Shown here: positions 1-14,334 of the stretch, piece after piece
How the letters are laid out: the number at the start of each line of letters is the position of its first letter
Numbering within the stretch: the stretch's first letter is position 1
Source of the DNA: Octopus vulgaris
Lineage: Eukaryota
Assembly (NCBI GenBank): GCA_951406725.2
Contig: OX597816.1
Span: forward strand, 102,982,001 to 103,046,000
DNA length: 64,000 nt
Reading direction: 5' to 3'
Program-made: the position numbers and the translations under genes
Notes under the pieces: model-generated
Told to the model about the DNA's origin: nothing
Databases searched by the model: none
What the model saw: only the letters and a program-made list of their open reading frames with translations

Positions 1-829
1 CTAAAGGTATCTTGTTGGAAATCTTTCAGTCTTATTTTCAGGAGTATTGCATACTGGATCATATTATTCAAAGTATCATTCCATTTTTAGACAGAGAGAG
101 AATTGGCGGCTATTTTTAACAGATCTGTCATTGTTTTGAGGTGTTTATATATTGTATATCCAGCGGTGGCTTCGGTACTATACTCAAAGTCATTGGCCGT
201 TGAAGGTAGTAGAGGGTGTTACAGAGTCATGTGCCCACTAATGGACGGCGAGCCTTAGAAGAAGCAACCTAGTAGAAATAGCAGCAAAATCTTCCACAAA
301 TCATATTTTATCGTTTTAAAAAATGATGGACATATATGATAATATAGTCTTATATAAACTATGCCTGAAATAAAAAAAAAAAGATATATGCCTAAATAAA
401 GATGGAGTTGTCATGTCAGGGCTCTGTCCCTCATAGGTTTTGTTCGAACACTAAGAACCGGTTATTAAACCTCCTCCTCCCCTCCTCCCCTCCTCCTCCT
501 CCTCCTCCTCATCATCCTTATCATCATCATCATCAACAACAACAGCTTAGCGTAGATAATTACATTGATTGAGTAGCTGATAATGAGCCGTGTGAGGTCG
601 ACCATCAAAATTACTGCTCTGTGTCAGTAGTCAAATACGTTCACTGTCAATTGACTAGGCGTATTTAACCATAAATACATACTGTTTGTTAGAAACAGTA
701 CACATTTTCCAAGAACTCCCATATTTTCCAGTGAACTGATATAATTAGTGTTTCTTTAAAAACAAATGCACGCCAGTTAACTCATTGTAAAACTTAGCAG
801 CTATATTTGATTGCTATAATTAGGATATA

Positions 830-1202
830 TTCTTTTAGTTGTTTCAGTGATCTGGCTGCAGCCATGCTGGAGCACCGCCTTTAGTCGAACTAATCGACCC
901 CAGGACTTATTCTTTGTAAGCCTAGTACTCATTCTATCGGCCTCTCTTTGCCGAACCGCTAAGTTACGGGGACGTAAACACACCAACATCGGTTGTCCAG
1001 TGATGGTGGGGTGACAAACACAGGCACACAAACATATAAACATATACACATATATGTATATACATATATACAACGGGCTTCTTTCAGTTTCCGTCTACCA
1101 AATCCACTCACAAGGCTTTGGTCGGCCCGAGGCTATAGTAGAAGACAGTGGGACTGACCCCGGAGCAATGTGGCTGGGGAGCGAGCATCTTACCACACAG
1201 CC
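830..1202 (-). mobile_element. tRNA-derived SINE family A copy with internal microsatellite (small deletion in head)
   Basis: Reverse complement aligns along its length to the + copies at 21311 and 53459 (GTGAGTGGATTTGGTAGACGGAAACTGAAAG; 3' GGCGGTGCTCCAGCATGG..CTGAAAC). Confidence 0.9.
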
Positions 1203-1370
1203 TTCAGTGCGCCTGTAAAAAAGCTGCGACCACGACGATGTGTGTATAAATCTTCAAGATTGGAGGGTACAATAAACTATCGTACAAAATACAGGACACA
1301 TAAATATACTCATAGATTGTCACTAGTAATTGACTATGTCCATTCCGAATGGTATAGTGGTACAGAATAT

Positions 1371-1410
<40 letters not shown>

Positions 1411-1547
1411 TCATCCCATAAATAATGCGCGTTTTTTATGCTTCTTTTATTTTTCAAAATTAAAGTTCTTTTGTAATCTAAGATATTCTCTCCTTTGTTT
1501 CTGGGAGAACACGATAACAATAATAATAATAATAATAATAATGATAA

Positions 1548-1986
1548 CACACAGATAGAGAAATTAAGGCCAACAGACCAGATATAGTTGTCAGAGATCA
1601 TGAAGAAAAAAAATGCTTTCTAATTGATGTATCAATACCGGCAGATGACAATGCGTCTCTAAAAGAAATGGAGAAACTCTCAAAATACAAAGACCTGGAA
1701 ATAGAGGTAACTAGAATGTGGAATCTGAAAACAGAAACAATTCCTATCATAGTAGGTGCATTAGGCATGATAAAAAAATATTCAGACAAATACATAACAA
1801 AAACACCAGGACTTACAAACACATATAACATACAGAAAATTGCACTACTAGGCACTGCACACATCCTACGCAGAACACTTTCCATACAATAACCATCAGA
1901 GCATCACAACAAATCACAGCACATACCCAAGGCACACAGAGCTGCGCTCGGTAGTGAAGTGAAAGCACGCTATAAAAATAAAATTA

Positions 1987-1990
<4 letters not shown>
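1548..1990 (+). mobile_element. 5'-truncated R4/Dong-like non-LTR retrotransposon (RLE endonuclease C-terminus plus 3' UTR) in (AAT)n
   Basis: Open frame 1548-1892 reads HTDREIKANRPDIVVRDHEEKKCFLIDVSIPADD..EKLSKYKDL..IPIIVGALG..QKIALLGTAHILRR (RPD..D..K RLE signature). Flanked on both sides by (AAT)n (1518-1545, 1990-2040). Confidence 0.9.
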
Positions 1991-2040
<50 letters not shown>

Positions 2041-2260
2041 TCTTTATTGCCCACAAGGGGATAAACATAGAGGGCACAAACAAGGACAGACAAAGGGATA
2101 AAGTCGATTACATCGACCCCAGTGCGTAACTGGTACTTAATTTATCGCCCCCGAAAGGATGAAAGGCAAAGTCGACCTCGGCGGAATTTGAACTCAGAAC
2201 GTAGCGACAGACGAAATACTGCTAAGCATTTCACCCGGCGTGCTTACGTTTCTGCCAGCT
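2041..2260 (-). mobile_element. tRNA-derived SINE family B
   Basis: Reverse complement has A-box-like TGGCAGAAACG, B-box GAGTTCAAATTCC and central GCCTTTCATCCTTTCGGGG.CGATAAATTAAGTACC; several copies in the window. Confidence 0.85.
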
Positions 2261-3192
2261 AATAATTGATAATAATAATCATAATAAACCTTTATATTTT
2301 GGCACTGAGAAATGTTAATTTTCATGAGGCAATCCCTGATAACCAAAAAACAATGTTCTGTTTGTGTATAATTCATTGGAGCTTCTTAGCGGGTGTCTAT
2401 GTCCATGGCTTTATTCTTATACGTGTATGAATACATATATGCATAATTTTAGTGTATGTAAACTGGTGCGTGTGCAATATCAATAAGGCAGGACTGCCAG
2501 TTTATTTTAGCAGGAAATTGAACAATAATTCCGTTACAACGTATTTTATCAAGACAAGCTGAAAAGCTAGAAATATTTTGTTTTCAGGATATTAGTATGC
2601 GTTGAAGAGAAGCATGCGTCACATTTTTCAACGATTATATTCTTTTATTTTGGTGGTAGACTATCTAGGAAGGTCTATTCTGTTGGAGACAGAATATTTA
2701 GAAAGAATACTGTTGTTTCTATGTATGTAAAAAATGGCTATCATTGATTAGGTGCGCATGTTGATATATATAACATACTAATCGTTGATTGGTTGATGAA
2801 AATTAGTTCAATTTATTCACTCGTCAATTAAAGCTGTGAATGATATCGATTGGGCTGCCGATACGTCACGAAATAAAGTTCACTCATTTCCAGGAGAAAT
2901 TCATTACATTATTTTAATACAAAAGAATATCATATATATATATATAATATAGATGAAAGACTTCAATAAACTAGTATTATCCAAGATATTAACACCCTAC
3001 TTCAGTGTTTGAAATTTCAAGCAAAGGATATAACCCTTACATTATCTGTTGATCGAAAGTTTTAGAGTGTGAACCAGCAAATTTCAATTTTACTCCGTTT
3101 CAATTTCACTGAGTAAGGAGCAGAAAGAGTTAAAACAAAGAATAACATTCTTAAAAGTTGTTTATGTTTGTGCGTGTGTGTGTGCGTAAACG

Positions 3193-3256
<64 letters not shown>

Positions 3257-3699
3257 CGTGTGCGTGCGTGTGCGTGTGAATGTAGCAATTACATCATGAA
3301 AAATGCATTTAACACACAAACCTGTTAGATTCACTAAACTTTTATATGCTTATGATATCTCATAATATAGTCATCGGTTATGACCGGTCAGAAAGTTACC
3401 ATTATTTTCACGTCTATTATTGCACTTAGAAATATTGGTGACTTAGCATATTTGCTGACCGGAGACACATAACCTCTGTAGTAACGGAGGTAAAAATGCA
3501 GTTTTCGTCAGCTTAATGTTGAAAAAAAAACACTGAAACAAATTTTTTCCGAAGCGGAACTCCTTCTAGGAGAGACGCAATTGATTCTTTTTGAAGAGTT
3601 TGAGCTGTGTCCGAAAAGGGGCAGTTTATGTCCGTTTTCTGTTGACTAGCTAGCAAGTGGAGAAGCCCAGTTTTCTAACACGATTTTTCTATCAAGCAT

Positions 3700-3970
3700 G
3701 CACCGACTGAAAATTTCACTTTTTGAATTTAAGAAGGCACACGTATCAAGAGAATCTTTTAGGATTCTTGCCCTTTTAGTCAAGCAAAGTTTGCATCGAG
3801 ATGAAGAGATGATCACAGGAAATAAATTTTTCAGTAAACGATTACACATGAACCAAGGCACAGCCTACTGAAAAAATCCTGCCATTTTCCAACTCACGTC
3901 GAAGTCTGCGGCACACCCGTGAACCATACGAAACACAAAATGTGCTGCGGCACATTGGCTGCAATCACCT
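3700..3970 (+). mobile_element. Degraded hAT (Charlie/Buster-like) DNA transposon 3' end
   Basis: Two subterminal GCGGCACA motifs followed by a terminal ..ATCACCTG, resembling hAT-derived MITE ends. No clear ORF and no matching left end found. Confidence 0.3.
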
Positions 3971-5250
3971 GATATTGACAATGCAATATGGAGAGAAGCT
4001 GGTCTTTAAAACCAGCTGGTTAAATCAATGGACAATTAATATTGATTTGTTACTTGGCATAAGGCCAGCATAACTGCCTGTAAATTGTGCTTTCGGTAGT
4101 ATCATCAAATCAATGTTTCTCCATGAGTAGTAGAACAGTATATTGATGAAAGGCAAACTCAACCCCGGTGGTATTTGAATCCAGAGTGTAAGAAAGCGTG
4201 TCTAAATCCACAATTTTTTTCTCGGTACTAACTTTTACTGATCTATGTTAAATTTATTATTGTTCTCTAAGATAGGCGCAAGATTAGCCATTTTGGGGAG
4301 AGAGAACAGTCGATAAAATCGACATTAGTATTTGTTTGATATTTATTTTATCGACTCTGAAAGAATGAAATCTGAACATTAAGACAGACATCTAAATACT
4401 GCAATATATATTTTTACCCGACGTTTTTACTAATCCTAACAATCAACTGTTATTATATTAATTGATGTTACAATAAGGTTATTGGTGAAAGTAAAGCATT
4501 CTCAGATGTTATGTATTACTTCTCTACTGGGTTTGCTTTCTTTGGCATTAAAGAAGTAACCTCTGTCTGGTTCAACGACTTGCTAGTAATGAACCCCCTC
4601 CTCAGTCAGACTCTACCGTCATATAGAAGTTCAATGGTCTGAGATGTGATGTGAACGAAGATTTGCCAAACGGATATAGAAGATGAATTGCCAATACCAC
4701 AAGAAAAGAAATGGTGAGCTATTGTGTAGTGTGCTCAGTACTTCAATTATGACTACATCTGTCAAATATACACTATTATATATCCAGTATTATTTATATA
4801 CTACCTCTGACTCAATGCTTCTTTTGTAATTAGGTATGTAATGAATTCATTACTTCCGTTTTAGGTTGTAAATTGGCAAAATTTGTTCTAGCTCTTTTCC
4901 CCAAGAGTTCAAATTCCGTTAATATCAGCTTTACTGTTTATTATTTTGTTGGACAATAAAATAAAGTATTTATTCAGGGCAGCCGACTGCTAGAACTGTT
5001 AGCGCGTCAGACGAAATGCCTTGTGGTAGGTGTTCTGTCTTCTGAGCTTTTAGATGATAAATTTAATCTGTTGCCCAGTTTAGTACCTTTGCCTGCTCTT
5101 TGGGTGCCTTTATTGGAGTTCCCTTTGTTGCACTTCTCATTTGTCTTAAAAGCTTTGAAAAAATTTCCCTCTCTCATGAAATCGTAAGAAAAAAACAAAA
5201 CAAACTACATGTATGACATATTCAGTTCTTCACTTTCTAAATTATATGTA

Positions 5251-5464
5251 TTTCTTTATTGCCTACAGGGGGCTAAACAAGGACAGACAAAGGGATTAAA
5301 TCGATTACATCGACTCCAATGCGTAACTGGTACTTATTTAATCGACCCCGAAAGGATGAAAGGCAAAGTCAACCTCGGCAGAATTTGAGCTCAGAACGTA
5401 ACGACAGACGAAATACCACTAAACATTTCGCTTGGCGTGCTAACGATTCTGCCAGCCCGCCGCC
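5251..5464 (-). mobile_element. SINE family B, full length
   Basis: Aligns to 2041-2260. Candidate 11-bp target-site duplication TAAATTATATG at 5238-5248 and 5474-5484. Confidence 0.88.
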
Positions 5465-7302
5465 ATATCCTTGTAAATTATATGCGACCTCTTTGTAGAG
5501 TTACATCCTTGTGATTACTTCTATTTTGACTAAGTGTGTAATGTTTTCCATAATTTAAGTGTTGTTGCTCAGGTGTTATCTGAATAAATCAATGCAACAC
5601 ACTCATTCCACATGGACTAACTTACTTCTTCATTTCATTTCGTACCGAACCAACGAGAGAGAGCCTATACGTGATCGCACATTCGGTTAAAATATATTGA
5701 CAAAACACCCCCAAAATTACACCTGTAGCATTATTATAAAAACACACACCCAATAAAGTAATACAGACAGAATGGCCATAGTTAGAATGTCTTTGGTCAT
5801 TGTAACAAAAAATATTATCTTTTTGAGATGTAACTATTACAGTTAAGCACTAGTGGTATTCAAAAATATATAGAATACATATGAAGGATATGCATACTGC
5901 ATATCTTTGTACGTCCTTTAAAAACCATAGCAAATATTGAACACGGAACACCTCCTGCGCTTGCTTGTCAGTCACTAATGTGCTCTTGAAGAATTTATTA
6001 TATTCAAACCTGCGTATTCTATGTACATAACATTTAGCAAATTGTAGGTCAATAGTTCTTTATTACTTAGTTCTCAAAAACAAGAGTTTTCAATGTGTCT
6101 CTTTTAGCCACTCTGCGATATTAAACTGACTAATCTAATTCAGTATCATTTTATGGTGCTTATCTCTTCTGCGGTTCTACTTGCGAGCTTATGAAAGGAT
6201 AACTCTGTTGAAAATTTAAAGTCATAGCTTAAATTCTTTGACTGAAAAAGCCAGGCCATTTTGGAATTCTGCATTGATAATGCTAATTACATTGATATAT
6301 AAAACCTTTCAAGTTTATACGGGTGGCGGTGGTGGGATGTCTCCATAGAGGATATGATCATTTGTTAATATTCTAAAAATTTTATATGTTAACTGAGTTT
6401 TATTCTGTTTTATTTTTTTATAAATTTCCTTATTTTAGTTTCTGGCGGAAAGTATTAGTCTTTTCTCGAACCTTGCTAGATGACAGCTACCATTGATTTT
6501 GGATAATGTACCTTTAAGTCGCAGTTGAAGATTGATGAATTAAATATTCACCTAATAGTAGCACCACAATATTCGATACTTACTTATCTGTATCTCCAAG
6601 ATGAGTTATAACTAAAATAGTATGCATTGATCTGAGAATACAGCAATGAAAGCACAATACTAATAGAAAGACGGCAGATGAAATTAACAGTCAAATCAAT
6701 GTCTGCTTGCAATGTTCCATGTTATCCTATAGTCTGTTGAATTGGTTGCGAAGAAGAATAATTAGTTTCGTTGGTGCGATCTGCTTTTTCCGATCAATCT
6801 TGTTCGCTAGCTATAACTAGAGAAAAGAAGTGAAGCCCAATATAACCTAACATTCACGCTTAAAATTAGGAAGTTCTGTTTGAGGTATATGGTTGTAAAC
6901 TTTATGATCGATGGTTGATAACCTCAAACAGATGAATTTTTCTGTCAACACTTGTAATCAAGAAGTAGGTTCTCAAAGAGTGTATGGAGATGTATTGATA
7001 TTTATATATTTGTTTCGATGATATATGTGCATTAAAAGGAAAGAGAGAGAAAGAGCGAGAGAGACAGAGATGTATATATGTATAAATACATGTGTACGTG
7101 TGCGCAAGTATGCGTGTGTTTGCGTGTGCCTGTTTATCAATTTATATAAAGATACATAGATACATATACATGTCTCTCCTTGACGTATATTTATATATAT
7201 ATATACGCTATATATACACATATATGTATACATATATATATACATGCATATATATATATGTATATATATACATATATATATATGTGTGTATATATATGTA
7301 TA

Positions 7303-7383
<81 letters not shown>

Positions 7384-8969
7384 GTGTGTGTGTATATATA
7401 TGGAAAACGCTATTTCTTTCAAGTATGTATTGAAAATATGTCTGTGTTCTAGTTTTATCATTTTTAGCAAGGAATGATCTGGAATTTTTTTTAGGATAAA
7501 GTGATCTTGACCTGTATAACTACCTGTTTATTGATATATGGGGCCAATGTGTTTGGTGTGTAGTATAACTTTCGAATATTAGTTTCATCGGTGTTCATGT
7601 TTGTTTGAAACAACTAGACTTTGTGACTATTTATCGTCTATTTTTATAGGAAATTCTGGAGAGTATATCTTTTCGAATCTAATTTTGTTTAGTGATATAC
7701 AGAGTAAACCTTTATATGAAAGCTCAAATAAGTTACTAATGACCAATTTAATCTATAAATACCATTGTAAACTTGATGTAAACTTCACGACTCTAACTGT
7801 TGTATTGATTTTATAAATGTTACACACTTCTGCGGGAGACCAGGGAACAGAAGAAAGAAGAAGAAAGAAGACATGCACCCAATACCAGAGCTGAAAACAC
7901 CTCCGAAAGGGGACCCCGCCACGTCAAAACGGTAGAGGAGTAAAGGCCGAAACCGGACGTGGTTCCTCCTGATGATGTCTTGAGCTAACTGGATCCTATA
8001 AAGGAGCTGTTGTGGTAGCAGAGCACGAAACACAATTGAAATTCCTCAGATCACATAACACAAAACAAATGAGATAGAAAAACATAGATGAAGGATTTGA
8101 GAACCTCACTGTGGCAAACAAACTACAAAATACGACAAACTTCATAAAAATGATAAAACTAGACATATGTACATTCACACACACACACACACGCATACAC
8201 ACACACACAAACACACACACTTGAACACATACACGCGTACATTCATACATAAATACACACGCATGTATAACACAGTTGTTCGAGTATAAGTAGAATCACA
8301 CACAAGCATGCTAAGAAGAATACATAGATAGATATATACAAATATGTACAGACAAACTGGTAAGCAGTCAGTCAGTCAGACATAGATATATTAGTAACTA
8401 TGACACCATCAGAAACATGCTATTTTCGTAGATGAATTCAGTATACGATTTATTAAAATCGAATGTAATAAATTGTCTATTATAAGTTTCCACCACACTG
8501 CTTTCTTATCAATATTAACTTTGAAAATAACATCTGATTCTGCATCATTTAAAAAATATACAAATGCGAGATTTGCCAGACGAGAGTAAGAAAGAAAATT
8601 GATGGATGGAAAAATAACAACAATTTTGAATGACTGCTATTGATAACATGCAGCTCTCTATGTAAGCAGCTAAGCATAATTTGATGCATCCCTAGAAAAG
8701 TATGTAATCCAATGATACATACTTATAAACATATACACATACACAGGCACATACACATATATATGTACATACACACATGCACACACGCATATCCAAAGGG
8801 TTATGTTTATTTGTATATATGAGTGTATATATCTAATTTATCTATAAATATGTGTGTCTATGTAAATACATGTATTTTCGTAAGTGTGTATGTGCAAATG
8901 TGCATATATGTGTATGAATATGTGCATATGTATGTGTACGTACATAAATGTGTACATATGAATGTATGC

Positions 8970-9033
<64 letters not shown>

Positions 9034-10479
9034 ATAAATGGCAATTTCTGTCTGTCAATCTTACTGTTACCATCTTGCTGCCTCTACTAGTGAGCCAATC
9101 TTGACGAAACTTTGCATACATGCTAAACTAACATTCCAGTTCAATAAAAATCTTTAATGGACCCCATAGTGATTTGGGTTATTATTTGATAAAATGAGAA
9201 GGGTGCAAAGAGTGTTAGTGTGAGGAAAATGTGGTGACATAGTGAGTGTGGCTGATATCAGGGAAAATGAGAACAGCAAATATAGAGTGACAGTAGGATG
9301 GAAACATTAATACAGCTGTCATTCACGGATATACACGCGACGCTGTATATATACTTTCGTAAATACATAGATACCTGCACACATACATACACACACACCA
9401 CACACATACGTATACACACACATACTACACACACACACATACTTGAACATACACATAAATAACTTTTAAAACACCGAGGAAGAAAAAAGTGGAAGTGAGG
9501 AATACCCAGCTTTAAGGAGAAAGGGTGTAGGCGGCTTTTCTGCTGCCCATCGAAAAAAAATACTCTTTCTCTCTTTCACACACACACACACATATATATA
9601 CATACATACGTACATGCATACACAAGTCTACTATACATTTTAAACTCGTGATTACCTGTACGTTTGTAAATGTGTGTTTGTGTGTGTGTGCATGTGTATG
9701 TGACGTCATATAACTGTCTGTCTCTCTACTTTTGTGGGACCTTCCTTGTTGTAATATATTGTAAAATTTTTAAATTACGTCAACATTTTCAAATTTGATA
9801 TATTAAAATAATTTTCCACGTTAAATGCGATTTTGTTAGTTACTCGTTCCAGAAAAATTTCAGAAACATGTTACTGAGGTTTAAAGTTTAATCAATTTTA
9901 CCTAATCAGAAAACAGGATTTGGAAGCTTGCATTTTCTGCATGATAGCTGTCTATCACAAAATGAAAGCAAAATCATTACGAGGAGGAAATTTTATTAAA
10001 CATACGAAAGCAAAGCATTACGACGACCAAAGGTGTAAGAACTTCTGAAATTTTATTAAGTTTTAATGAAAAATGTCATGTGAAACGGTCGAGCAGACAT
10101 GTAAATAATTTAAAAAGGAAAAAAATCCTCAATGAAGTTCTTTTGCGAAAAATCGCACAAATCTGTCCTGATCAAGAGACCTATTTGTCGGGGAAGGCAT
10201 GGTCTGACGTTGAATAAACAAAAATTTATACAAGACATTCTATTGTAAAATTGTCCGGAAACGACGGAATTTTCGGCTAGTACAGAATAAATAGTATCAT
10301 AAATTTTCCAGCTTTCTGTTTTAATATGAAATTATTCTGCAATTAATCTTTTCGAGCATTAACAATATTCTCCAGTTATCTCTATATAAATCATAACATC
10401 TACAAATGCTCTTTGGAGACCTGGAATTTGCAGATGTGGCTTCTCGAAGTCACAGCTCGCCGCCTTTAATATTAATTTC

Positions 10480-10860
10480 AATTTTTGTCACAAGGACTGC
10501 AATTTTGGGTAAGGGGATAAGTTGATTACATCAATCACAGTATTCATCTTGTACTTATTTTATCGGCCCCGAAAGAATGAAAGGCAAAGTCGACCCCGGC
10601 GGTATTTAAACTTAGAGTTTAAAGTAGGAAGAAATTCCGCTAAGCATTTTCACCACTGCTTTTTAATATTGGCTCAAGACCAGGAATTTTGGGGAAGGGT
10701 GCTAGTCGATTACATCAACCCCAGTGTTCAACTGGTATTTAATTTATCGATCTCCGAAAGGATGAAAGGTAAAGTTGATCTCGGCGGAATTTGAATCCAG
10801 AACGTGCAGACGGACGAAAACGCTAAGCATTTTCCCCGCGTGCTAACGATTCTGCCAGCT
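10480..10860 (-). mobile_element. Two tandem, older SINE B-related copies
   Basis: Two successive GATTACATC..GAAAG(G/A)ATGAAAGG.AAAGT.GA.C.CGGCGG..TTT blocks (~10520-10650 and ~10700-10860). Confidence 0.75.
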
Positions 10861-11910
10861 CTTTAATATTGACACAAGGTAACACCAGTCAATGTTTAAC
10901 CCAGTTACTGTGTAATGGTGCTACAGTGTAACCGCGCAAACATTTAACCAACACGACCGCATAAAACGCAAAGATGTTTACAAGAAACTATATAACCAGT
11001 CTGTTATATACCTAGGCAACCATGTAATTAACCAAGCAAATATCTGGTCTGGACATTTTATTTGGAGATCCTGATATAACAAGGCGATCAAATAACTAAA
11101 CTGTTATGTAATCAGGCAACAATATAATACGATAGCGTTTGATTTAAGGAAGACTTCGGCTATAATTTTAGCAGATCCAGTCATTATTTAGAGGCTCTCT
11201 CATTTGCTTGCTACCATTGTTGCTACTGTTGTTGTCGGTGCTGTTATTATTGTTTCTTTTATCGTTATTAATGGCGCTGTTACTTGTGTTTTATTATTAT
11301 TATTGATGATTTTTCCTAGTAGTTTAAATTCTATGCTCTCTCATTGTGTGTAAGGAGATAGATGAGTGTGTATACGGACATATTATATCATTAGCAATTA
11401 GTGTTTCCAATTAAAGACGTATTTTATTCTGTTTTTGATGTGTTGTATTTTACAGACACTCCTGAATACACATTTATTAAACGCACTCTCTTAAGTATAC
11501 AATCCTTTATACACAGTAATCACAAAAATCATCATAAAACCTGATTCTCAAATTTTTTTGATGTTCTCTCTTGATAAAATGTATGTGTGCATGTATGTAT
11601 GTTTATATTTTGTATGTATATATTCACTCATACACACATATACATACATATACGCATACACACGCGCGCACACACATAGACACACGCGCACACACAAACA
11701 CCCAAATCACACACACACACACGAATATATATAGGTCATATCAGTTAGTGATCTGATAATCAGAAGCCAGTTATTAGTAACTTGTAAAGCTGAAAATCCT
11801 GATCGTGACGGGGCCTTCGGCAACGGACCCACCGTGATCCTTCTTACTTGATCGCTGAAGAAAGCCATCGACACCTTGGCTCGACACCAGTGGCATGTAC
11901 ATATGCATGT

Positions 11911-12296
11911 TGTGGAGGCGCAATGGCCCAGTGGTTAGGGCAGCGGACTCGCGGTCATAGGATCGTGGTTTCGATTCCCAGACCGGGCGTTGTGAGTGTT
12001 TATTGAGCGAAAACACCTAAAAGCTCCACGAGGCTCCGGCAGGGGATGGTGGTGATCCCTGCTGTACTCTTTCACCACAACTTTCTCTCACTCTTACTTC
12101 CTGTTTCTGTTGTACCTGTATTTCAAAGGGCCGGCCTTGTCACTCTCTGTGTCACGCTGAATATCCCCGAGAATTACGTTAAGGGTACACGTGTCTGTGG
12201 AGTGCTCAGCCACTTACACGTTAATTTCACGAGCAGGCTGTTCCGTTGATTCGGATCAACCGGAACCCTCGTCGTCGTAACTAACGGAGTGCTTCC
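11911..12296 (+). mobile_element. tRNA-derived SINE family C, full length with TSD
   Basis: A box TGGCCCAGTGG, B box GGTTTCGATTCC; 12-bp TSD ACATATGCATGT at 11899-11910 and 12297-12308. Decayed copies at 14335-14470 and 47295-47612. Confidence 0.9.
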
Positions 12297-12918
12297 ACAT
12301 ATGCATGTGTATATATGTGAGAATTTATATGTGTATGTAAGTGCATATGGAAGATGGATACTTTCATCTACAGTGTCCAAATATTACTGACTTGTAGAAG
12401 TATGTCGAGCAGCTGTTATTTATGTGTAGAACAGATCCGGCTATCGGCCGAGTCTATCAGGAGATCGTTCCACTGCCCACCTTTAATAAAACTGAAGAGG
12501 TAGTTTTCATCTATTTGGTGGGGAGTTCAAGTGTTTTGGCGAGCATGGTGTGGCCATTACTCCCAAGTCCGCTCCGGCCCATAAAGACAGTACTCGTCCA
12601 GAGTCCAAGTTAAGGGTTAAATACCACAAAACGGTCTTGTGATTGAGACACAAGACTCGGAAGGAAACCGATCCCTTGGCAGAGAAGAAAAAATAAAAAA
12701 TAATAAAAAAAGTGACAGGTACACAATGCTGAAGAATGAATTTGGCGAGTCATCGAACCTGCGAACCATTTCAGTCACCAGCACCAAAGTTACATCTACA
12801 ACATAAGCAACAGTAATAAGTCTACAGGTGCAAAAAAAAAAAAAAAGCCAACTGCAAGAACACAGATAAGTAGAACAACCATAGAAACAGTAACAACAAC
12901 AACAACAACAACAACAAC

Positions 12919-13111
12919 ACAGTTCTATATTTAAGAGATATTTAAGGGATCATGTACATTATTTACATTATTTACATTTGACGGATATTTGCCGTCATCT
13001 TGTTTGTTGTTAACACAACGTTTCGTTCATCAGGTGACTTGGAGAAATTTCGAACCTAGGCTCTCGCTCCTTAGGTATTCTTCGATGATATTATTATTAT
13101 TATTATTATTA

Positions 13112-13163
<52 letters not shown>

Positions 13164-13238
13164 CAACTGCCTGGAATCGAACTCGGAATCTTGGGGTTAG
13201 TAGCCCGCGATCTTAACCACTACACCATATGCCCGTGG

Positions 13239-13240
<2 letters not shown>
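12919..13240 (-). mobile_element. Composite element: tRNA-like head + (AAT)n + hammerhead-bearing Penelope-type module
   Basis: Minus strand reads GGGCATATGGTGTAGTGGTTAAG..GAGTTCGATTCC (13234-13161), then (AAT)n, then CACCTGATGAACGAAACGTTGTGTTAAC..TTAAATATAGAACTGT, homologous to both arms at 32097-32365. Confidence 0.75.
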
Positions 13241-13269
<29 letters not shown>

Positions 13270-14028
13270 CAACAACAACAGCACAGCAGCAGCAACAACA
13301 CCATAGCTAAACCCATTACCGTATCAATATCAAAAGCAACAGTTAACGATACAATCCTCCAAAAAACCATCGCAAAAATATTAGAAACAACAACAACAAA
13401 AAAAAAACAGCAATAACAACACGAACAAAGTATCAGCAGCAGTGACAGAAACTGCCAAAGACACAAAACCACTCCTCTTCAACTTCTCTATTATACAAAA
13501 GACGGTAATGAGATTAAGAATTACATGAAACAAAACAATAACAAAATAGAAACAAAAAGTGAGAGCTTTGAAAAGCTTATTCTAAAACCACCAACAAACT
13601 GACTTCTGGTGAAAACATCACCAGACCTTTAGTGACGACCTTTACGGCTTACTGTGGCTCGTGACAGAAAAACTGGAGAGTAGTAAGAAATGAGTAATAG
13701 CAGATAATATAAAGATTTGTAACAGGTGATGGATGAGAAAAAACGTCGGATTTGTATGGTCTGTTGTACAAGATTTATGGTTAAACGCCTATTATTCATC
13801 CCTATTTTGGCAGATATCTATTGTAACTAACAAGTTGGTAATATTCCTGGCTATAATAACTGAGGAATGACGGAGCTACTGAGGAAGGAGAACAAAATGG
13901 GGGCATCAGTGACAATGTTTGTCAAACGCAGTCTTTAGAAAAGCTACATCTCATGTAATACAACGTCGAAAGGGAGTCATAAACCAAAATTTAGTGTGAA
14001 TTCTAATCCACTCGAAACATCAGTGCTC

Positions 14029-14075
14029 ATCGATGCTCCGTTAGTAATCGATGCTCCGTTAGTAATCGATGCTCC
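14029..14075. repeat. 18-bp tandem repeat (ATCGATGCTCCGTTAGTA) x2.6
   Basis: Seen directly in the sequence. Confidence 0.9.
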
Positions 14076-14334
14076 ATAAGTATTTCGTAGTAATCAGTGT
14101 AGTTAATTTTTCAAAGCTTCGATCGTATCAGTGTAGATGCTACATCTACACGGTGGTTAGATTAAATTACTACCCATCGGAACCGTTTAACCTTTTCAAA
14201 TCATACTCTGTCTACCCATGGTGTTCTTTCTCATCGTTTTGGTTTGTTTTGGGCCCTAAGCCAAAGCTGCATGACCTGGAGGTGTTCCACTCGAATTGGG
14301 GTCGTGCTAGTATCGAGATGGCTGAAATCGCACT

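Noticed and set aside
1388-1440. Possible solo mariner-type TIR (GGTCATCCCATAAATAATGCG) after (TA)n
   Set aside because: No partner TIR or transposase in the window.
1668-1892. Host CDS
   Set aside because: It is the C-terminus of a truncated retrotransposon ORF.
9840-10370. Possible hAT transposase remnant
   Set aside because: Only vague similarity, no TIRs or catalytic motifs.
13161-13234. Functional tRNA gene
   Set aside because: T-arm and acceptor stem are mispaired, the apparent ACT anticodon is atypical, and it is fused to a repeat module; treated as a SINE head.
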